Assembly: GCA_029953675.1 (NCBI GenBank)
Contig: JAMWBK010000010.1
Coordinates: 1,364,001-1,428,000, forward strand
From: Rhodosorus marinus CCMP1338
Taxonomy: Eukaryota > Plantae > Rhodophyta
Direction: 5' to 3'
Length of the DNA stretch: 64,000 bases
Shown here: positions 50,355-63,090 of the stretch, piece by piece
Layout: each line of letters starts with the position of its first letter
Numbering within the stretch: the first letter of the stretch is position 1
The notes under the pieces: model-generated
What the model was told of the DNA's origin: nothing
What the model saw: the letters and a program-made list of their open reading frames with translations, nothing else
Databases searched by the model: none
Position numbers and translations under genes: made by a program

Positions 50355-51684
50355 TTACGTTGACATACTCAATGAGCATATGCTCCACAAGGACTGAGCC
50401 CAGGATGCGGAAGCAAGAAAAACACACACGTGCCACCACTGATGACTGTGACCTACGATGTTGACCTTCCCGGGAAACAATCTCTCTGGGAGCTGGGTCC
50501 CGTAGATGACGATCCCGAAAGTATACATCGCAGCCATCTTAAGAAACCCGTAAATAAAGGCGTTGATCAATTTGCCATCATCATGTACAATGATAAAATG
50601 AACAGCTGGCACGATCCCTAGCTTCGCCGTGAAAAGCATCACCTGGACACGATATCGCACTAGCTTCTTGTATGAACTGAACTCAACGAACAGAGACGTT
50701 CCGACATTGAATATCAGAACCATAGCGATGTAAAGATTTCGAGTCACTGGCATCGTTCGAAAGATTGATACGAGCATCGACGGGTAACTTGCACAGGTCA
50801 GACCTAGAATTCCTCGGGCATCCTGTCGAGCTACATACAGCAACGAGGACTTTCAGCAAAATGAGCTCTTGAGTAGATCGTTCGTGTGCACTTACTAAGG
50901 AGCTCGCAAACCTCTTCACTTTTGCAAATGAAGAGATGATACATTGCCGAGCTAAAGAGACAGTATGATGCTGTACAGAAGAAAATACCGAAGCAGAGCA
51001 TATCGAGGGGTTCCAAGTTGCTCCAGCTGAGCGCGTAAAGAACGAGCAATGCGCATGGGAAAAGCACGGCGGGAACGAAATGCGTCCAGAAGTTAACTGC
51101 AACAAGGAAGAAGGAATAAACCGTAAGTCGATTCGGAGCAGTACCGAAGCGAGGGGCCGTATCAGCGTTAATACATGAGTTCCCCACTTGCATACCCAGC
51201 TCGTTGTGGACGGTGAAAGCCGAATTGACTAGCTCCCTCCATGAGAGCCCAACGGGACGATACCCATGTGTAACGCAATCATATCTAACATAGGAAGGTA
51301 CTTCTTCTTCAGATAAGGCTGTCCATGACCTTAGTTTGAGAGCCTCTGACTCTGTATTTGCCGTCCACTCATCATCGGTAGTCCCACTCGAACAATCCGG
51401 CCCCATACTTGTACAGAAAAAAAGTGCCTTTTTTGCTGGCCCCTTTCTCGTTGCCGACCTTGTGATTTTTCGTCCGAGAGAGTCTGTCCGGGGATGTACC
51501 CATACGTCAGCTCTGGTCGTGGTAATATACTTAGGGCCGTGCCTGCATTCCACCATCGCCAGGACCCAACAACCTGGGGCGTGGTGAGCTGACACCAGAA
51601 TATGGACCCATCGTTCTCGCGAAGAAATTCCATGCTCTCTTGATTGGATAACCACGAGCATCTATAGCCAATAGATATACTCAT
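50355..51684 (-). CDS. PAQR / adiponectin-receptor-like (haemolysin III) membrane protein; start uncertain (51684 or 51406)
   Basis: VTHGYR, AFTVHNE|NFWTH, SSAMYHLFIC, D-x-x-GI, PERLFPG...GHSHQWWHV, plus multiple TM helices; GT-AG introns. Confidence 0.88.
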
Positions 51685-52177
51685 GCCGACTGAATCAAGT
51701 AGAAGACACGCGTAGATATATAATTAGATATAAACGACTTCATAGTAAGGAAATTTTGGATTTTGAATCTCAACCGACAGATTCAGGACACGTGCGTATT
51801 AATGATTAGTTTATGATTTGGAAAATGGTTCGGTCGTACTATCCCGTTTCTGAGTATCGAGCTGGGAACATGAAGCTTTGGTCTTGTTTCGCTAGGTTTG
51901 CGATCTCAACTTGTCCAAACAGAACTTACCTGCTACTCTAACGCTAGGGTTTCTAGCCTCAAATTATCCATCCAGAAGTATCCTCCGGATAAAAGCCTTT
52001 CGGTGCTGTACGCCAGGAGCATTCTTCCGTCAGGTGGAAGTGCTACCTGCATGTGATGTGTTTTCCAGGCAGCAGCAGGGAATCAGTAGGTGGCCCGTTT
52101 TTACACGCATTAGTAATTGATTTATTCTTTTCCAAACTCAAGCCCTTCCTGTGCACGGTGTGCTCCGTTGCTCACTT

Positions 52178-53608
52178 TTAGGCGAGGTTTTTCTTGGCAG
52201 AGCTGTCAATTTTCTTGCCAGATTCAGTAGTCCGCCTGTCAGCCTTCGTGTCCGAGGATGTACCTAGTATCTCACGAAATCTATCTAGTGTGGTGTTCAA
52301 CATTGCTTCCGGATCGCTTGGGTTCATTGGAAGTACGACCTGCCATGGTAGAGGGGAAAATTCAAGTTTTTAAGGTGGTGAGAGAGGACAACAATTGAAC
52401 TTCAGAAAAATCCCGGAAACCCTGTTATGATGGCGACTTACAGTGTTCTTCTTATCCGCGAGACCCGACACGGCGTTAATATATTGCTCAGCGAGCCGCA
52501 TAAGCACGGCTTCGTTTCCGTTTTTCTTGGTCATAGAATTGGCCAGCATTGAAAGCCTAAATGAAGCACGACCAGATCAAATTAGCGTCGTCCATGAACA
52601 GCATTCTGAGGCTTATCAAAACAACGTACCCTTTGGCTGTTGCTCGCGCTTTTGCCAGGATAGCCTCAGCCTCTCCTTCGGCTTGGTTTGTTCTCTCAAT
52701 CATGTTTCCTTCCGAAACCAGCATTTTGGAAGACTTTTGGCCTTCCGAAACGTTCACTTCAGACCTCTGCTCGGCCTCTACATTCAGTCAGTATGTACCA
52801 GTCAGGACGTAGAAGCGGAGTCAAACATGCGTTCTCATAATGCTCTTACAGCACAGCCAATTTTCTGGGAGAGCTGTACCTGAGTCCAAGATCTGTGCAC
52901 GCTTTCTCCTCTCTGCCTCCGCCTGGAGTTCCATGGCCTGCCTGACCGAAGCCGGCGGTAAAATATCGCGTATTTCATACCGGAGACATTTTAATCCCCA
53001 AGGAGTCGTTGCCTCATTCAAGCTCTTGACGATTTTTGTGTTGAGGGCCTCTCGCTCTAGAAATGTATCGTCGAGCGTGTATTTGCCAAGCTCGGATCTC
53101 ATCGTCGTCTGTGCGAGCAGAGTTAGAGCTCGGTAGGGGTGCGCGACGCCATACGAAGCTGCCACTGGATCTACAACCTGGGGGAGGAATACCGTATAGA
53201 TAAGCCTTATCGACCAGTTCGTTCATTGCCAAGCAGCAGAGTCGTGGGTAGTGTGCGTACCTTGACATATAGAACACCATCTATTGTGATAGTCACGTTG
53301 TCTCTAGTGATAGCCTGCTGGTTTGGAATGCTTATAGCTTCCTCCTTCAGCGAATGTGTATAAGCGATTCTAAAAACGAGCGGGAGAAGGAACTGCAATC
53401 CAGGCTTCAGAGTATGCGAAAACTTGCCAAATACTTCTACAACATAGACGGTCTGCTGCGGCACAATAACGACGCCAATGTTCATTGGTGGTGTCCTTCT
53501 GCGGGGGAGCACTGCCCTAGGGGTATCACCAAATGTGCACATTCCTCGTATCGCCCCTCCCAAAATGCGGGAGGCCGAACGAAGTTTGCTCCCAGCGGGC
53601 ACCTGCAT
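52178..53608 (-). CDS. STOML2: Stomatin-like protein 2 (SPFH/band 7), mitochondrial, 5 exons
   Basis: [95 protein letters not shown]; Arg/Ser-rich presequence from ATG 53608. Confidence 0.92.
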
Positions 53609-54914
53609 CGTCCCTCGTTCACCACCAACCCCCTTCAAGGCTGCTCCGCCACAAGGTGCAATCAGCCTTTGGAATAGTTCCTAGCACCTTTCTCCCCCAG
53701 TGCTCTCTACGGGGACTCTGGACAAAATTCCATTTACGATCCCGCCTCCTTCATTGGCAGTGATACCGGGCTCGAGTCGCCTATGACAAGGTGCGAAGGA
53801 GATATCCCTCAGAGCTGGTCAAGCATTTGGAGGTAAGTGGTTTGCTTCATGGGCTGCTTCAACCACCACCATTGGTTGCACTACTTGATAAGCAAGCGGG
53901 GGAGCGTTCTGCAGGAAGTCGATCGGCCGGCAATGATGGAAAAGCGGCGAAAATCAAGTCGTCGCGACAGCACGTACGATGAGACTATGGTTAGAGGCAC
54001 TCCCAACGGAAGGGAGAGACACATGTAGAAGCACTCATAAAACAGCTGCAGCTTCAATTCAAACTAGAGATTAGCAAGACGCGGAACAAGGATCACTCAA
54101 ACTCAACCAAAAGGGTTATCCCACGGAGACAGCCTGTCTCTCCCACCCGACGATTCTTGTATGGACGGTTGTCAATTTATGATTGGACTAAACCATCTCC
54201 TTGCTCATCGCCATACAATATTGAATAATATTATTTTACTGAACATGTCGTGAAAACGAAGTCAGTTCTTCTATATTTCAGTTTTCGTTATGCGACGGAC
54301 GTGACTTTTTGTTCGTACTAGCATTATATAAGAACTTTTATTGGAACATGTCAAACCTTAAACCCGCTTTTGATGGAATCTAAGAGATTATTATCCAACA
54401 AAAAGAGGAAATGAAAAATAAGAAACGTATATTGTCAAATGAAAACATAGAATGGGTCTATTGTCGATGCGGTTCCATTTTGTTTCGTTTTTTTAAAATG
54501 AAGTGATTCTGAAACCAAGTGAGTAGGAACCGAGTTGGGAAACTTTTGGCAAGAGGCATTTTGGTCGCGGTAAAGTTGGCCATTGAGTTTGGTCCCGACG
54601 GGAGATGTAGAAAACGAGGGTTTTAGGGGGTTTGATGAAATAGATCAGGAGCCAGTTGGAGATTTTTTCATATTGCGAGTGAGTTTTGGGGTTTTCAAGC
54701 GTTGGGAGGGAGGGGGATGAATGTATTGGAATTTGGATGGTAACGAGGGAGCTGGAAGAATATTTAGGTAGAGTGTGGAAGAATTTCTGTGAAGGTAGGC
54801 CTCTAGAGAGGGCAAGTGAAAGGTATTGTTCTTGTTTTGTAGCTCAAGAGGATGGGGGTTGGGGTTTAGGGGATTGTGTTTGTGGAGTTTTGTGGTAGTG
54901 TGGGTTTTTGGGGT

Positions 54915-57900
54915 ATGATGAATGCTGCGGACTTGGGTCGTGGGCTGTGTTTTCCTTCTCGTCCTGGATTTGTTGGGACACTGAATAGCGTCGGACGAGG
55001 CTCCAGGCGGAGCTGTGTGGAGTATAGAAGAAGTCATGGGCAGGGACTGGCGTTGAGGATGACCCTCGAGCAGCCTTCAGGGGAGGAGGATGGGCAGGTA
55101 AGAAACCACATGGAGTGCGACGTGGGAAAAATCGTGCAGTGATAATCGCGAACAAGCTAGCCTTGTACTCGTTGGTGTTTTCCCTGTGCTGCTCCGATGC
55201 GGGGGTGGCATGAATTTTTGTTTTGTTCGCCGCATTTGGCATTCCCGAGTACTTGAGGGGGTTTGGAACACTCGGGCCTCTGCATGGAATCCATGGGTCT
55301 GAAAATTCCTTGTTGTTGATTAGGACAAGCCGCAACGACGTGGACGCCCAAGGAAGAAGCCCCTGGCAGAGGACGAAACCGAGGCAACCACTGAAAAAGC
55401 AAGGGGGCGAAGAAAAATGGAGTCTGATGGTACGTTACCAAGATAATTCCTTACTCTGCGTACCGTACCGCAGATGATCGTTTACTTCAGACGTATTCTA
55501 ACGACGCAGCCTTTTCTTCGTGACATGGGCACGCGGACGTACAGAAGAAGGTGAGCCGAATGCCAATTCGACAACAGGTAGTAACGAAAATACTGACAAG
55601 AACGTGGAAACTGATGAAGGCTATGAGGATGATGCGGTCGCTGGTGATGACCTGGCCAAGCTTATTTTTGATGAGCTCAATATCGAAGGGTACGTCCTAC
55701 CCCTGGTTAGAAGCTCGGAGTGGATGCTCCTCACCATTTATGCACTAATCACTCGAACGGATATCTATCTATTCACTCCTTGCTGGCTACTCAGGCGCCC
55801 TCGTTCAAAGAAGGAGCAGGAAGAAGACGATCGCAAGTTCGATGAATTTCTTAAACGAGGTGGGGAACCTGAAGAATTGTGGGCAGAGATCGAGGAAGGA
55901 GATGATGCAGATAGCTCAGGAGGTACTTTCGGCGAAACCACCCTGATCAAGTTGCACTAATGACAACTCCGGAGGTGGTTCCTAAACCTACCTCTACGTT
56001 TCAACACTTGTTCAAGGCGCGTCTGTACTGAACGGAGCCGCCGTCCAGAGCCGACTAAGGCTTGATTCGGACGCGGAGGAGACGGAAGAGGACGATCTGT
56101 TAGCATCTACCTCCAAAGGTGCAACCTCAGTCCTCGTGGACGGAGATGACGTTGACGAAAACGCGTGTGTCCGGCCTTGATAAAAACTTGCTTAATTGTT
56201 ACTTTTTCGCAGCTGTTTTATCTTAACTGAGGAAGCGAAACTGTTTTTTGTTTGGACAGCTTGGAGGATGTCGATGACGATGAGGATCTCAGTCTGTTCA
56301 CAGATCTCGGAATCGAAGACCTTGACGGAGAAGCATCTGATGGTCCTCAAAACGAGGATGAAGAGGATATGAGCTACATTGATGGCTACTTCGAGAACAG
56401 GCGAGATGCTGATGCCGTAAGTCCCATACAGCGAAGATTGCTTCCGTCCGTGTTCTTTGGCTTTTAACTGTTCTTCTTTGAGAAGCTTGTCGATTTTTGG
56501 CAACCCTGGGCTCGTTGTTCAGTTGCCACACGTTTCCCATCAGGGTCTCATGCATGTTGCAGAGCTTTCCTGTCCACGGCTTGCTATATGGACAAAAGTT
56601 TGGCACTTTTGTATCTAAATTTGCTTGTGCGCATCCGCGTGACTGATCTTACTACAGGATGCCAGCGGACGAGGCGACGAAGAAGATGACGACTCCGATG
56701 GTGCGGGCGAAGACGACGATGATGACGACGATGATGACGACGATGACGACTTCGATGAGTATGACGATATTCTTGTTGAAGACACTACCCAGGTCGACGA
56801 CGACATTGGCGAGACCTATACGTTCACATCGGTGCCCGCCGAGGAGGAGGATGTCTATGATGACGACGATGGGGATGTTGTTGAGGTCTCGGAAGAAGAG
56901 GCAACCACGAAGGTAGCAAAGAAGACGCCGAAGAGAAGTGCGCTTGGCACGGATGCCGAACTTCTCGCATGTAGGGAACAAAACGCCTTAAAACAAACTC
57001 ATGTAGCTGATGAAGTCATATTTTCAACAGTGAACTAACGGTCAAGTCTTAATGCTCATCCGTTAGTGCTCAGCAACACATCTAGCACAAAAGTCCAAAA
57101 GAGTAGTGCTGAACCACTGAAAACGAAGGAAAAGGGTAAGTGGCCTGCCAAGAAACTTTGAATGTTGCGCGAGCCCTACTAAGTCGATCAGCGATTGAAC
57201 CTGCTTCTCCTCTCGTTCAGAATCTGCAGAAGCCGCTGCTCAGTTGGAGGAGGTAGAGGATGACTATGACGAGGAAGACCTCTTCGATGAGGAAGAGGAG
57301 GAAGTGAAGACCCTGGAGGACTACGACGAGGATGACAGAGACGAGATTGACCAGTATATCGGCGAGATGGCCACCCAAAGAGGAGTTACTGCGAAAGTTC
57401 TTGATGTAAATGAGGATGAGTATATAACGGTTACCGAGGGTCCAGACAAGGACTTTATTTGGGGCGACGACCTCGCTGAAGAAGACAAGGTTGCCTTCGA
57501 CGCTGGACTAGATGAAGCCCCAAGGTAGGCACCGCGCGATCTTTGGTTTACTTTCTGAGCATACCTTCTGACAAAAACGAGTGCGGTTTGTATCAAATCT
57601 CCGAAGGATTGGAATCTTTGGAGGTACGGCGAAAGAAGCGGCGAGGCGAGGAGAGATTGTCGAGGGAAGCTCCGACTGGTTTGCTAGACAACTGTTCGAG
57701 AAGTCGTTATCCGTCCAGGAAACAAACGGCCTTGCATGGCTGAAATGGGTCAAGGGAGTGGGAGCCCCTCCGCCGGAAATAGAAGAGATTATGGCAACAA
57801 GATTCCCAAAACCGAAACTGGTACACTAGTGGAGCTGCGCTCGTAGTCCTCGTCGTCGATGAGCTTGTCGGCTAACACGCATTCGTATTGCTTTGTGGCA

Positions 57901-58161
57901 CCCCAGGGTACCATCGTCGCGACACCAACTCCCATGGTGTCTCTTTCCGCCGATGAGGACGAAGCCGATGAGGACGACGAAGATGAAGATGAAGCTGACA
58001 TTGAATCAGATGATTCGGAAATACTGGATGTTGAGGAAACTGACGATGATGCCGAAGATGTGGATGATACTGGGGATGTGGACGACGTGGCGGACGTTGC
58101 TCAAGACTTAGGATTGGATGTAGACTTGGACGAGATTAATGTTGCGGATGAGAACTCGTAG
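54915..58161 (+). CDS. Uncharacterised highly acidic protein with AT-hook and plastid-type presequence, ~11 exons, roughly 650-700 aa
   Basis: Phase-compatible GT-AG introns (55098-55323, 55430-55544, 55690-55794, 55923-56016, then further ones including 57525-57606) link exons. Features: RRGRPRKK at 55336-55359, long D/E tracts and one non-acidic segment RIGIFGGTAKEAARRGE...LAWLKWVKG. The exon 7/8 junction is ambiguous. Confidence 0.75.
56712..56750 (+). repeat. Coding (GAC/GAT)13 poly-Asp tract
   Basis: gacgacgatgatgacgacgatgatgacgacgatgacgac in exon 7 of the acidic protein. Confidence 0.9.
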
Positions 58162-58716
58162 GCACGTGGCGAGTGCACTGATGATATGTGACTAACTCTG
58201 CTCTTGATCTTGACCGTTGTTTAGCTTTCGCAACTATCAGAGCCTCGCTTCTGCGAACCCTTGGTTTAGGCAGGAACCAATCATTCTCAGGCGACTTCGC
58301 TGCGTTAGTTTCTCACTATTCCTTTCCCTGAGAACAATCGCATTCCACAACTGGCCGTCTATTAAGGGTTCCGAATATGCTAAGTGACTTTAGGTGGGAC
58401 TTCAGCTCTCCGTTCATCAACTTCTTAGTGAATTTGGAATTAAATGACTAAGCTTGGTGGCTGCTCTGGATCTCGGGCCACGAATACATCCAACCGAAAT
58501 AGTTGGCGTGCCATTAGGACTATCATTGAATTGTTTCCTCAAAGCTGAGCGTCTTCGTACAAGCTGAAGATTTCTCACGCCTCGATTGTGGCGCATCATT
58601 TCGTGGCTCGGCAGCGTGTCTTGGCTGTGCTATGTGCTCCATTGGTCGTCCACGAGGGCCCTGTTTTCAACTCGCTGAGCTGGTACAAAATACAGATACA
58701 TTCTTTTTCAATTGAA

Positions 58717-59650
58717 TCATAAAAGCCTTGTCTGTATAAAGCTCGGCGTTTCGATATAGCGGAAAAGATGCTGTCTAGCAGTCTTTTCAGGGTTGATCTG
58801 TACATCTGCGCTGGTCACCGCTACCAGCGAACCGTTTTCAGGAACCTCGGAGTGCCCTTCAGCCCAGCTCAAAAGTTTGCTCGTGATAATCGATGGTGGG
58901 GTCCAGTCGGGTTCCGCTTTGCCGTTGTTCATGTTTCGATGGATCGTGGTGTCAAGTACCTAAAGAAAAACTGATCAGTCAGAGATTCAATTCATTTCGC
59001 CAACAAACCTGAGGCTTGATGGCCTGATGAAAGAAACAATCTGGCGCGCGGCTCACCACCGGGACAATTCCAATCACACGAACACCCTCCGGCAATTCGG
59101 TCCCAACGCTCAAAGCGACGGTTCTCACGATTTGATGGAGGGCAGCTTTTGCTATACTATATCCAATCGTATGTGTCTGCGAAAATGCTGCTACAGAACC
59201 CAAGAAGAAGAGCAGCCCCCCGGGCTTGATGAATTGGCAGGCTAGCTTCGCGGTTACCAGGCTCGCATCGACGTTGGTGTGCATCATGAAATCAACGGAT
59301 TCAAATAGCTCATCCGAGCCTAATCCTTCCGCTGTGAAACCAATCGTCGTATTGAACATTACATCGAAGGGTCTTGGGTCTTTAAAGGATTCGCTTATCA
59401 TTCGATTGGCGAAGCTAACCTGAGAGCGTGGTGGTGCTCCAGGGGGCAAGCATAGCGAATGATCGCAAGTAGGGGCTTCAAAATTATCTATCGAACAGAC
59501 CTGGTATCCTTTCAGTTCTAACAACTCAACCTCTACTAGTCGAAAGGCTTATGAGACACTCACCTCGTACCCAGCCTCCTTAAACACCGCCGAGTACGCA
59601 CTCCCCAGTTCAGATCCACCTCCAAAGGCAAACGCAACCTTCGCATTCAT
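58717..59650 (-). CDS. Dihydropteridine reductase (QDPR)-like short-chain dehydrogenase, 3 exons
   Basis: AFGGGSELG...E|VCSID, KPGGLLFFLGSVAA, IGYSIAKAALHQIV (YxxxK), IGIVP|VLDTTIHR...DWTPP...LLSWAEG...ENGSLV, co-linear with QDPR GYGMAKGAVHQL...LPVTLDTPMNR...SWTP...SGSL. Confidence 0.8.
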
Positions 59651-62205
59651 TGCTACCCTTATCCTAGCAGGGTTCTTCTTATCCTTCCACAAACTCCCCG
59701 TTCGTCCACTCTTCCATAGTCCACCTCCCCCAACAAACCCACATTCCATGATGCCACACCCCTCTGAATCCCAACCCCCTCGATTCGCAAAACTACTACA
59801 ACGCTCGTCTCTAACTAAACCAATTCACCTAATCCTTTATTCCAACTTTACTCTCCTTTAGTATCCTTCCACGAAATGCCCTAGCAGAACTTTCATGCAG
59901 ATTCCCTCACGCTCCATTCCCCTTCTTCAATGGCCCAACATCGGCACCGAACACGACCCCCGGGCTAACATGAATAAAATTGATTGAAATATAAATCAAA
60001 AATGAGATCAGTCCGGTATAGTTGGACAAATTAAGATCCGCAGTCATTATAAATTTATTGATATAATAATTGGTTAATTAGTGAATAATGATTGAAAATA
60101 CTTATGTAATTATGTAGTTTTTAAATACATCTTTAACGGATCCTTGAAAAAGGAGGGCGGGGGGGGATGGGCTGACGAAACGTTTTCGAGTAATGGGGAA
60201 TGAAATGGATGTGTTTTGGTCTTGTTTTGCTAATGGATGGCGTTGCGGGATTGTGAGTAGAAATATGGTTTTTTGAGTAGAGGATGGACGTGTACGATAA
60301 GCTGTTTGCATGTTTCCGGGAGATGGTGGGTTTTTGAGAACGTTTCTGCGGGTCGCTTCAGAAGTTTAGTCGGAAGGAAATGGACTCTATGGGCCTTTCG
60401 CTGTTCAGGATAGATAGTGTGTATACCAAGATCTAGAGTTTGTGAATGGATCCTGTATGAAGTTGTAGAGGTAGAGGTTCGGCCGACTTCAGTGATCTCG
60501 TAGAAACAGCAGGATGCTAGCAGTATCAGAGATCAAAGTAGAAACGAGCTGCAGGTATCGTAGCAGACTGACATGAACCCGGGGTGATTACATGTTCCTC
60601 CTCCCTGGTGTGCGGCTGCGCACACACGCCGCCCTGGGTCCAAAGTCTCGCTATTCCGGTCGGTCTATAACAATCTCCTTAGCTGTCCGATGAAGATTCG
60701 AGTAAGATGTACCCAAGCATTCGTATTTAGTCCTGGTAAAGTGTGAAATTATTGTTCCTAACTTCTCCTTTAAGGAGATCGGATTTCCTGTTTGCTCATC
60801 CGGCACGCTCAGCTAATGTTGCTGCTGTGAATGTCACGTTCTGGTATGAAACGGTTTCCATGAACCCTTAGGCACACGCAAAATAGGTGACAGCCTAGTA
60901 AGCCTATTTATTGATGAGTTCAGTGGATCCATCTGAGTCTACTCCGTGCAGAAGAAGAGTGAAATCTATCAGCCTTTTGCGGAATAAGAAGCGTGTTTCG
61001 AGACGGGAGCGAGGTTTAAGCTACGGCACATGGCGTTCCAGAGTCATCCCATAGCAGCAAGTGAGTCTTGTAAAATGTGAGAGGAAGCAAAGATGCGACG
61101 GGAAAAAACGGAAACGGAGAGACCTTGGGGCCCTTTTTCGATCATGGAGTTCTTAAGTGCACCTCGCCTCGATTCAGTTTCGAGTATTCAGGGTGAAGCT
61201 GGGCTCATCACCAGGGCACCCTGTTCGTCCCGATGTATACGTTCAATCTTCATAGTGCATATTTTCCAGTTATGCGCAACATGAACACGTCGACCCAAAC
61301 CTAAGAAAACCAAACCTATACACCAAAGGTGAACCCCAACTCGCGGATATTCTGTACCTCAACTAGCTTGATAAAAAATCCTTCAGACCTCCGATCAAAT
61401 CAGAGCTCCTCCTTACTCTGAAGTTCAAAAGTCTTCGGAACACCCAAACGTTCCATTTCTTAACCTTCTAGAAGAACTGAAGTCTCATCCTTACCTCATA
61501 GCGAAACTCTGAAAACCAGACGCGAACTTCCAACTTCATCAGAAGGCCTAATTTCAATTTGGAAGAAAAAAAACTCCACTCCTCGTTGTTCCAACAACCA
61601 TGTTTTATGAATTTCAAAAATAAAACAATCCTTTCGTTGATCAATTCTATTGGCCATTCAACTATTTTCTACAATTTAATTGGACTATATAATATTAAAA
61701 TACAAAGTAAAAAAGACGAAGATGGTTCTCACCAATAATTTCTAACAAAAAATAAAACCACATCCAGAGCTCGATTCCGACCTCAAATTGACTGCATGAC
61801 AGTAAAAGTCATTAATTTCCATCCCGTTGAACAGAAAATTTGGATACAAAAATTGGTAATATTATAAGAATAATAGTTTTAGATTGTGTGTCAGCTTGAT
61901 CATATTGAGAGGGTTAAGTGTCATAGGTTTTTATTTTTATTTTTGTGCTTATTGAATGAAGAACGGAGGGTTAGTTGCGGTTGAGCGGGTGGGGACTGTT
62001 TGTTGAGGGGACGGTTGGAGGTATGCTGGAGGAGTAAGTATATCTTGCAAAGGGTTTAGTAGTTTTCTTAGTTTTTGTTTTCCACGGGAGAGAACGAATT
62101 TCTCTGTTGATTGGATTCTAGTTGGAGGTATCTTGGACAATTTAGTTTTTACACGTTGGAGGTTTTGTCGTTTGTCGCTGCGCTTTTTTTGTTGCGGGTC
62201 GAATC

Positions 62206-63090
62206 ATGGGGTCGTTGGTGGATAGGAGACTTTGTGAGAGGCTTGGTGAGGGTGTTAGAGCTGGAGATTTGAGGAGCGGAGAGAAAATTTTGCATTTGAT
62301 ACGTCATGGCCAGGGTTCGCACAATCTTGAGGCTTTGATGCAGAATTCTGTCTGCGTGTGCGCTACTGATGGGCGACCGAATTGCTGCTATAACAACCCT
62401 GAACATTTTGATCCGCGTCTTACAGAGTGCGTAGTTTCTTGCTATTCTACGTTATGCAGGTTCTTATTTTTTGGTGATTGTTTTCTGAATGCTCCGCCTT
62501 CCCCTTTTCATTTTGGAGTGAAGTCTTGGACGCGAGCAAGCGTCAAGTCTTAGCAAGCGTGGTCTTACTCCGGATTTGATTGTAGTGAGCCCGCTTACCC
62601 GGACGCTGCAAACTGCTTCTCTCGCATTTCCAGAAACTAAGATACCCATGCTTGTCAAGGAGGACATTCGTGAAGTGCTTGGTCTTCATGAGTGTGACAG
62701 ACGCAGGAAAATCTCGGAGGTCAGGAAGGACTTTCACTATCCCACTTTTGGAGATGAGCTGGACGAGGAAGACCTCAGATTCAAATCATATTATCCAGGT
62801 TCGTTGAAGGCCTCAGGCTTCGTTCAAGCCTAGCACACCTGGTAGGCGCTAATCTCCGTCGATCTATCTGCGGTAAACTAACAGAGCTGGAGCCCCACGA
62901 GCACGTTTGGAAGCGCGGAACGAATATATTGGACTGGATAGCGGAGAGACCTGAGAAAGAATTGGCACTCGTTACACACAGTGGTTTTCTTCGTAGGTTC
63001 ATCGTCGGTTCCGTGGCCTGCTACGATGATGACTTGAAACGGTCGTGGACGACGGGCGAGGCTCGCTCCGTTGTAATCACGTTTGATTAA
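62206..63090 (+). CDS. Histidine phosphatase / phosphoglycerate-mutase-like protein, 3 exons
   Basis: LHLIRHGQGSHN (RHG), DPRLTD|LGREQA, DLIVVSPLTRTLQTA, IREVLG..HECDRR, ELALVTHSGFL. Inferred introns 62427-62523 and 62799-62845. Confidence 0.88.
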
